Both the position numbers and the translations under genes were made by a program. The notes under the pieces are model-generated. The model saw nothing but the letters and a program-made list of their open reading frames with translations, was not told the DNA's origin and did no database searches. From the NCBI GenBank assembly GCA_965198175.1, contig OZ240245.1, positions 2,592,001 to 2,656,000 on the forward strand: 64,000 nt of DNA. Direction: 5' to 3'. Every line of letters starts with the position of its first letter. Position 1 is the first letter of the stretch. This DNA is from Candidatus Poribacteria bacterium. GTDB lineage: Bacteria; Poribacteria; WGA-4E; PCPOR2b. This document shows positions 19,867 through 27,900 of this stretch, piece after piece.

Positions 19867-22161
19867 TTAGTTGGAGGTCTCGCAGGGCAATTGGGTGTAC
19901 CCCAACATGTTAACAATGTCTTCAGGTACGGCTGTGCCGATTTCCTGTTCTAGGTGCGAGATGGTCGGGTAGCGTTGATGAAACGCCTCCACAAAATTCA
20001 TACCGAGGTTTTTCGCTGTTGCCAGGTCGGACTTCGCATCGCCCCATTTTTGCAGATGCATAAACGCGAGTGCGCGACTGACGAAAGTTTCGGCATCATC
20101 TGGATTCAACACTATCGCCCTGTTAAAATCGTCGATAGCTAGGTCATAGTCGCCATTTTGGAAGTATGCCGCGCCACGATCGTTCAATGCTTCAGAATAT
20201 CTTGGATTCATTTGAATCGCTTTGGTGTAGTCGGCAATTGCCAAATCGAAATTGTCTAGCATCTGATAAGCTAAGCCGCGATAATAGTGAGTTTCCGTCC
20301 AATCGGGTTTCAGGGCTATCGCTACGTCATAATCTTGAACGGCGCGCTCGTAATTTCCTTTGCGCAAGTAGGCAGTGCCGCGATTCTTGTAGGCTTCTAC
20401 ATCGTTGGGGCAAATATCAATCATAGCGGTGAAGTCAATAATCGCGGAATCATAATTATTAGTTTCGAAGTTTGCCAACCCGCGATTGTGATGTGCTTCA
20501 ATAAGACTTGGCTTCAACTCAATAGCTTTGGTAAAATCGGACATTGCATAGTCCAGCATGCCCGCCTTCTCATAGGCGAGACCGCGCATATTGTGTGCGT
20601 CCGCACGGCGAGGATCTATGGTTAAGGCAATGGTGAAAGCAGGGATGGACTTGTCGAGTTCTTCTTTCTCATAATATGCTTTGCCGAGATTGTAACGTGC
20701 GTCGAAGAAGAGAGGGTTGATTTTAATCGCTTCGTCGTAATCTTGAATGCCACGATCGAAGTCACCCTTGCGACAATAGGTCATCCCACGATTGCTATAC
20801 GATGTGGCATCGTTGGGGCGCAATTCAATGGCGCTATCAAAGTCCTTGATGGCACTGCGATACGATCCGAGCTTATCGTGAACGACGCCACGGTTATTAT
20901 ACACTTCAGGCAACTGCGGGTTACGGCACTCCGCTTCATTATAGTGCCGTATTGCTTCCTGATAATCGCCATTACTGTAGTGCTGCAATCCCGCCACGAA
21001 TTCCACATATGCACTCTGATGCAAATATTGGTATTTAACGAAGCCATGAATGTCATTGTATATGCTGTTGGTGGAGATACCGTGATGTTTTCGTAAATAA
21101 TTTAACATGGGCGTTTTGAGATATGCGGGTATACTAATCGCACGGTCTGGAACAATATAACCGTTCGGGGGCTGTACGAACACGCTCTTCTGTGATATAA
21201 CGCGGTTTACCTGGTTACGAGGTACCGTGATGCCGTATTTTTCTTTGGATTTCTCGGTTTGCCTTAACATAAAGATTCGTCCATCGTCATCATGAGAACC
21301 GTCACATGCAAAGAACAGTGCTACAAGGAAGTCAGTGCTGAAATCTATGAGGTTGGTTTTCCCGCCGAAGTGCTGGAGTTGTGTGAGAAATTCAAAGTCG
21401 GAGGTTTTCTTGACAAATCGCTCTGCCTCTTTAAGCATTTCGTCTTGGGCAATTTTTATACTGAAGTGTTCCGACTGAATGTGAGGTTCATAGTGTCTGT
21501 ACAGAGTCGAGGAAATCTTGCCATAGTATTGGCACTCACCGCGATAGATGTAGTCTCCATCGTGGGATGCGCGAACTATCTCCTGGATTTTCTCTAGAAC
21601 TTCCGCTACTGCTTCTTCGGAATTGAGCTTTACTGGCACGGCGGTTTTCGTCAGATTGGTCAGGTTCCGTGCAGCAATCACTATTAGTTGCTCAAATAAC
21701 TCAAACAACGACGAAATCTGGAGTTCGCGGTTTGCGTTTTGCTCGGAACCATCCTCAAGATAGTATTGACGCATAGGTGCGATATAATCGTGTAGGTAAT
21801 AGCCCAGGTCTTTCAGTAGGCGGTTAGTGTCGTTGTATCCGGCGCGTGCGATGGAAGTCTGAATGTCATTTTGCGTGTCGTTTTTGAGTCTTCTGTGGGA
21901 TTTCTCCAGATTGTCGTTTTCTCGAGGCCATTTGGCTTCTGCGACGAGGAGTGCGTTGTAAGTTAGCTGAAATGCGGTCGCAATACATGCTTGGGCAACA
22001 TTTAGCCTGTTGGGGTGGGGCGCCTCGTTATTTGGAAGCGCTTCGTTTTCTGTGTCCAACTGCTCGGAAAGCTTTGCCCACTCTCGGGCGTCGGTGAGCC
22101 AAGCCGATGCGGTTTTTCGGTCTTGATGGCGTTGCTTCTGTTCATCGGTGTTGTTGTCCAT
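19867..22161 (-). CDS. FRG-domain protein with HEPN-like N-terminus and about 10 TPRs
   Basis: YIYRGE...LQHFGGKTNLIDFSTDFLVALFFAC (FRG) and C-terminal YNNRG TPRs; ATG 22161 with RBS AGGAG. Confidence 0.85.
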   Translation of the reverse strand: MDNNTDEQKQRHQDRKTASAWLTDAREWAKLSEQLDTENEALPNNEAPHPNRLNVAQACIATAFQLTYNALLVAEAKWPRENDNLEKSHRRLKNDTQNDIQTSIARAGYNDTNRLLKDLGYYLHDYIAPMRQYYLEDGSEQNANRELQISSLFELFEQLIVIAARNLTNLTKTAVPVKLNSEEAVAEVLEKIQEIVRASHDGDYIYRGECQYYGKISSTLYRHYEPHIQSEHFSIKIAQDEMLKEAERFVKKTSDFEFLTQLQHFGGKTNLIDFSTDFLVALFFACDGSHDDDGRIFMLRQTEKSKEKYGITVPRNQVNRVISQKSVFVQPPNGYIVPDRAISIPAYLKTPMLNYLRKHHGISTNSIYNDIHGFVKYQYLHQSAYVEFVAGLQHYSNGDYQEAIRHYNEAECRNPQLPEVYNNRGVVHDKLGSYRSAIKDFDSAIELRPNDATSYSNRGMTYCRKGDFDRGIQDYDEAIKINPLFFDARYNLGKAYYEKEELDKSIPAFTIALTIDPRRADAHNMRGLAYEKAGMLDYAMSDFTKAIELKPSLIEAHHNRGLANFETNNYDSAIIDFTAMIDICPNDVEAYKNRGTAYLRKGNYERAVQDYDVAIALKPDWTETHYYRGLAYQMLDNFDLAIADYTKAIQMNPRYSEALNDRGAAYFQNGDYDLAIDDFNRAIVLNPDDAETFVSRALAFMHLQKWGDAKSDLATAKNLGMNFVEAFHQRYPTISHLEQEIGTAVPEDIVNMLGYTQLPCETSN

Positions 22162-22487
22162 CTGGTTTTCGTCTCCTAAAGTTGCTGGGTGTGGCAGTAT
22201 TAACGAAGATATTATAGCACTGGATGAGTGGGATTTGGTAGGTTGAAATGGGGGCGGGGTAGGTGGTAAGGGTGAGGGCATTCCCAGAATGGGATCTCGA
22301 CGGTAACTCTATCGGTATTTACTTTCGCGTCTCCTAAAAGATCTGAAAGCGAGTTCTATCAAATTCGCTGTCACGGAACTCTATTGCGCCGGATTGGGCG
22401 CGGGAACCGCGCCCCTACGGAGAACACTGTTCACTCGGTTGATCGATTTCCACTCGTTTGATCAATTCGCTTCCTTGAGCCCACAAT

Positions 22488-22598
22488 TTCCGTATTTAAA
22501 CCTCGCAATCGCGCCCTGCTTTGCCAATTCTGCACGCGCATAATTTGCCGGCATCTGCGGCGATTTCCATCGCCCCGCAACCTTCATATTCGCAACAG
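22488..22598 (-). pseudogene. 3'-terminal fragment of the Cre-like recombinase gene (copy B)
   Basis: VANMKVAGRWKSPQMPANYARAELAKQGAIARFKYG; homologous to the gene's 3' end. Confidence 0.85.
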
Positions 22599-22603
22599 TT
22601 CTT

Positions 22604-22838
22604 GTAGGTTGGGTTGAGCGGGTTCCGCGAAACATGTTAATTGTGAGGAATGAGTTTGGTTTGTTGATTGCGTTGAAGATAATGTATGCGCGTAGCGTAA
22701 CCCAACGCTTTTCCCTAGTCCGGCCCTTTCAAAAGCGTTGGGTTTCGCTACACACATTTCGCTAAGTGTGAGGTTTGGTACACCGGACGAATCTTGCCGT
22801 AGAAACGGTTTTGGAATTACCCGCTCTACCCAACCTAC
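22604..22838. repeat. REP-bounded structured element (REPIN/BIME-like)
   Basis: Outer stem GTAGGTTGGGT...ACCCAACCTAC and inner stem AACCCAACGCTTTT...AAAAGCGTTGGGTT. Confidence 0.85.
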
Positions 22839-23017
22839 AAAAGCCAAATACTAATCGACGCCAGTTTCTCCTGTATGAATACGGTTTTGTTGACATTTCA
22901 TGGCAACTGGACAATCAACGGCAGTGCCGAGACACATGACCATTGGTAGGGGTTGGGTTACCCAACCCTCTGTTCCCACATGAAATCCGTATGGTTGGGA
23001 GTTCCCTTCCCCCCAAC

Positions 23018-23947
23018 CTACCCACTGTCATCTTTCCCGTATTTAAACCGCGCAATCGCGCCCCGCTTTACTAATTCCGCGCGTGCATAATGCGCCGGCA
23101 TCTGAGGCGACTTCCACCGTCCCGCAACCTGCATATTCACAACTGACGCCCCCGCTCGCGCCAGCGATACCGCGGACCCGACCCGAAGCGAGTGTCCCGA
23201 AATGTAACCCTCCAATCCCGCCTCGCGCGCCCTGCGTTTGATAGCGTTTCGCGCACCGTCAACCGATAGCCTGCCCACGGTGATGTTATCGCCGCGTCGA
23301 ATCCGTCGAAAAAGCGCGCCCTCGCTGATACCTCCGGCGTCGCAATACCACCGAATCACCTCGCGTGTAGGAGTCCCAATGTACAGCGCAACATTTGAGG
23401 CGACCCCCGTCCCCGGATCGGTCTTTGACTGATGTACCGTCAATGCGCTATGAACATCAGTCACATCTACCGCAACCGCTTCGCTGATTCGTAACAGACA
23501 ATCGCTCATCAACCGAATCAACGACGAATCTCTCAATCCGGTAACGGATCCCTCAGCTTCGGCAAGCGAACAGACCCGCTCTACGTCCCGCCAGGTCATG
23601 CCATCCACCTGCCCGCGCCCTCTGCCTCTGCCTCTACGCCGAATGCCTGCCAGCGTCTTTTCCGTAATATCGAACAGGAGGTAATTTTCACCTTCGCTGT
23701 GATTTTTTGCCGTCCATTTCACCGCTGCCACAATTTTACTGATTGTCGCTGGCGCCATTCCGTCTTGATACAACTCCGTGATGTAGCTTGCAAGTAAGTT
23801 ATCGCACAAGTCTCGTCCATCCAACCAATTCTCCAACTGCTGCATTGCGCACCGATACGCCTTCACCGTACTCGGCGCGATGCTGGCATTCACTAACTCC
23901 TCTGTTTCGTCGCTGATGGCGACCTGATTCCAAGCTAACGTTTTCAT
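23018..23947 (-). CDS. Cre-like tyrosine recombinase
   Basis: Catalytic set LLRISE (R), SKTD (K), GHSLRVG (HxxR), GRW (W, as in Cre) and AHYA (Y); N-terminal APSTVKAY core-binding domain; ATG 23947 with RBS GGAGG. Confidence 0.93.
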   Translation of the reverse strand: MKTLAWNQVAISDETEELVNASIAPSTVKAYRCAMQQLENWLDGRDLCDNLLASYITELYQDGMAPATISKIVAAVKWTAKNHSEGENYLLFDITEKTLAGIRRRGRGRGRGQVDGMTWRDVERVCSLAEAEGSVTGLRDSSLIRLMSDCLLRISEAVAVDVTDVHSALTVHQSKTDPGTGVASNVALYIGTPTREVIRWYCDAGGISEGALFRRIRRGDNITVGRLSVDGARNAIKRRAREAGLEGYISGHSLRVGSAVSLARAGASVVNMQVAGRWKSPQMPAHYARAELVKRGAIARFKYGKDDSG

Positions 23948-23987
23948 AATCTCCCCTCCGTTCCATTCCATGGTACTTACGCTCCTC

Positions 23988-24021
23988 ATAATTCCATAGA
24001 AATACTATTCTACAGAATTAT
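23988..24021. other. Putative lox-like recombination site (13-8-13)
   Basis: ATAATTCCATAGA-AATACTAT-TCTACAGAATTAT; arms 11/13 inverted, each 9/13 identical to the loxP arm ATAACTTCGTATA; about 40 bp upstream of the recombinase ATG. Confidence 0.75.
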
Positions 24022-24036
24022 TAACGGTGTTGTCAA
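24007..24036 (-). promoter_or_regulatory. sigma70-like promoter of the recombinase, -10 box inside the lox-like site
   Basis: Minus strand TTGACA (24036-24031)-18 bp-TAGAAT (24012-24007). Confidence 0.6.
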
Positions 24037-24627
24037 GGATGTTTTTCTATTTTATAGCTAAAAGACAACTTATTAGGAGAGCGTAACATAATATGCCAAT
24101 GTTTGTCAAATTCCGATGAAAATTGAATAGGGCATCGGGGGTAGAACGAAAGTATCGAGGTTCATTTGCGTTCGCTCCATAAGAAACCTGGTTTAGGTCG
24201 AAGTAAATTTACAATTGCACGATATATCGAAGTACCTTGGTCACAGCGAAAAAACGATTCTACAGGGACCTTTGTATGGGGACCGCTGAAAAGTCAAAAC
24301 TTTAGAATAGTATATGTGTCGACTTATCTGTTTCCGAAACCAATTTGCTAATGGATCTTCAGAGTATTCTTTTAATCTCGTGTAGTTGCATTAACGATAA
24401 AAACACCCTTTTGGTTGATCCAGCCGGGGAAATTTTTTGTGTCGCTCTATAACTACGACATCAACGGTTTGGCGGTGCGAAAATTGAATGATTAGTCTCG
24501 TGGATAATCACATTTTGAAACACACAAAGTACGGCGATTACACAAAATGTCCCCTCTGCAACTTACAGCACGTGAGCTAGGTCAGTGGATTGTCGAAGCC
24601 AAGCATCAGCATTTAAGTGTTAATGGG

Positions 24628-24891
24628 AAATCCGTTCAACACAGACACATGGGATCTGTATCGGTTGGCACACGACACCGATGTGGAGATCTCGCTCTAC
24701 GACATCAACGGTGTATTGGTGCGTCAACTGAAGCTGGGTCATCAGCGGGCGGGATATTGCACAGAACGGAATCGTTCAGCGTATTGGGATGGTCGCAACG
24801 GGTTCGGTGAGCGAGTTGCAACTGGGTTATATTTCGATCGACTTCAGGTGGACAGTATGTTGCGTCTGCGAAAGATGGTCATCCTGAATAG
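24628..24891 (+). pseudogene. Orphan degenerate C-terminal FlgD/T9SS-like domain
   Basis: NPFNTDTWDLY...YWDGRNGFGERVATGLYF...RKMVILN, homologous to 29998-30262; one base missing at the stop (ATCCTGAATAG vs ATTCTGAAATAG). Confidence 0.75.
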
Positions 24892-24994
24892 ACCTGATTT
24901 ACATTCCATTTTTTCGGGAAAACCAAGGGCTTCTATACTCCGGAGGTCTTACTTCTCTACTACAGTACAACAAACAAAAAGGAACTGACAAACG

Positions 24995-27900
24995 ATGAAA
25001 AAATTTTACATACCCTTGATGATTTTGACACTGTTCAGCAATAATATTTACAGCGCGAGTGCATCGGATGCGGCAGATTGGATGCCGGACGCGAATCTAA
25101 GAGACGCTGTGCGAAAAAGTCTTGGGCTCGCTAATAACGAAGACCTCACACAAGCGAAAATGTTGGACCTCACCGAACTCAGAGCCGCTGGTAGAGGCAT
25201 AAGCAACCTTACCGGCTTGGAACACGCCACCAACGTAACCATTGTAAGATTAGCGGGAAACCAAATCTCGAACATCAGTCCTCTTTCCGTCTTGACATCA
25301 GTGACAAAGTTGCGGCTTCAAGGCAACGAGATTACTAGTGTCACCTCGCTCTCCGACTTGACGAATCTGACCGAGTTGTTCTTGAATGATAATCAAATCG
25401 CGGATGTCACGCCATTGACGAAATTAAGCAGGCTTGTGACATTACGGCTTGCGAATAACGCGATTACCAATGCGCATGTGCTTTCGAGTCTCACAAATCT
25501 GAACAGTGTTGATATCTCGATTCCCGATCCGCCGCAGGACAGTTCAGTAAAAGCGGATCCGCTGCCGCCCGAAACACTTGTGGATGCGGAGCCGCCCAGC
25601 GTGAGCATTTCCGTCCCGTCGGGAGTACAGAACGGTGCGTTTAATGCAACAATCACGTTTACCGAGACAGTATCAGGCTTTGCGGGTTCAGATGTTTCCT
25701 TGACGGGTAGCGCCGCAAGTATCACGTCGTGGAGCGCTAACAGTGATAACACCGTTTATACTGGCACAATTACTCCGACAGCAAGTGGGACGGTGACAAT
25801 TGGCGTGGCGGCAGATGTTGCTACCGATGGGGCGAATAACTCTAACACCGCCGCGACATCACAAAGTGTAACCGTAGATGTTGACAGACCGACGGTGACC
25901 ATTGGCGTACCATCGGGGACGCAGACGGGCGCATTTGATGCAACCATAACCTTCTCGGAATCGGTATCGGGGTTTACACAATCCGATGTTTCGCTGACCG
26001 GCAGTGCGGCGAGTATCACGGGGTGGCGTGCTAGCAGTAACAGCACTGTCTACACTGCAACGATAACACCGACGGCAAGCGGCACCGTGACAATTGGCGT
26101 TGCCGCAAATGTCGCGACCGATGCAGCAGACAACCAAAATACCGCCGCAAATTCAAAAAATGTAACTGTCAGTGTGGATACAACAGCACCGGGTGTTAGT
26201 CTTGCTGTGCCGTCGGGAGTACAGAACGGCGCGTTTGCTGTGACAATCACCTTTACAGAGACGGTATCAGGTTTTACCCAATCCGATGTTTCTTTGGCCG
26301 GCGGTGCGGCAAGTATCACGTCGTGGAATGCGAATAGTGACGACACGGTTTACACAGCGACGATAACCCCGTCAGCAAGTGGTACGGTGACGATTGATGT
26401 CGCTGCGAATGTCGCCACCGATGCGGCAAATAACCAAAACACCGCCGCAACTTCAAAAACAGTGACCGTAGATGTTGACAAGCCAACAGTGACCATCGGT
26501 GCACCATCAGGGACGCAGACAGGCGCGTTTGATGCAACCATAACCTTCTCGGAATCAGTATCAGGTTTTACCCAATCCGATGTTTCCCTGAGCAGTAGTG
26601 CGGCGAGTATTACGGGTTGGAGTGCGGATAGTGACGACACGGTTTACACAGCGACGATAACCCCGTCAGCAAGTGGTACGGTGACGATTGGTGTGGCTGC
26701 CAATGTCGCCACCGATGCGGCAAATAACCAAAACACCGCCGCAACTTCAAAAACAGTGACCGTAGATGTTGACAAGCCAACAGTGAGCATCAGTGTGCCA
26801 TCAGGCGTGCAGAACGGTGCGTTTTCTGTAACAATCACGTTTACAGAGACGGTATCAGGTTTTGCGGGTTCAGATGTTTCCTTGACGGGTAGCGCCGCAA
26901 GTATCACGTCGTGGAGCGCTAACAGTGATAACACCGTTTATACTGGCACAATTACTCCGACAGCAAGTGGGACGGTGACAATTGGCGTGGCGGCAGATGT
27001 TGCTACCGATGGGGCGAATAACTCTAACACCGCCGCGACATCACAAAGTGTAACCGTAGATGTTGACAGACCGACGGTGACCATTGGCGTACCATCAGGG
27101 ACGCAGGCAGGCGCGTTTGATGCCACCATGACATTCGCGGAAACAGTATCAGGCTTTGCGGGTTCAGATGTTTCGCTGACCGGCAGTGCGGCGAGTATTA
27201 CGGGGTGGCGTGCGAATAGTGATAACACCGTCTACACTGTGACAATCACACCGACAGCCAGTGGCACGGTGACGATAGGTGTCGCCGCTAATGTTGCGAG
27301 CGATGCGGCAAATAACCAAAATACCGCCGCAACTTCAAAAAATGTAACTGTAGATGTTGACAAGCCAACAGTGACCATAGGGGTGCCATCGGGTGTACAG
27401 AATAGTGCGTTTAATGTATCGGTCACGTTCACAGAGGCGGTGTCCGGGTTTACGCAGTCCGACCTCTCAGTCGGTGGCACGGCGAGTGCGTCAGTCACAG
27501 CGTGGAGTGGCACACGCAATACAACCTACACAGCGACGATAACCCCCACTTCCAGCGGTACAGTAACCTTGAACGTCGCCGCAGGGGTTGCTGCCGATGC
27601 AGCGAATAACTCAAACACCGCTGCTACTTCGCAAACCGTACGTATTGATGTAGATGCGCCGAGTGTCAGCATTACGGTGCCGACCGATGAACAAACAGGT
27701 GCGTTTGATGCGACGATAACGTTCATGGAAACGGTGTCAGGCTTTGTGGGTTCGGATGTATCTCTGACGGGTAGTTCGGCGAGTATCACATCGTGGAGTG
27801 CAAATAGTGATGACACCGTCTACACAGCAACGATAACCCCGACAGCAAGTGGTACAATGACAATTGGTGTTGCCGCCAACGTAGCGACTGATGATGCAAA

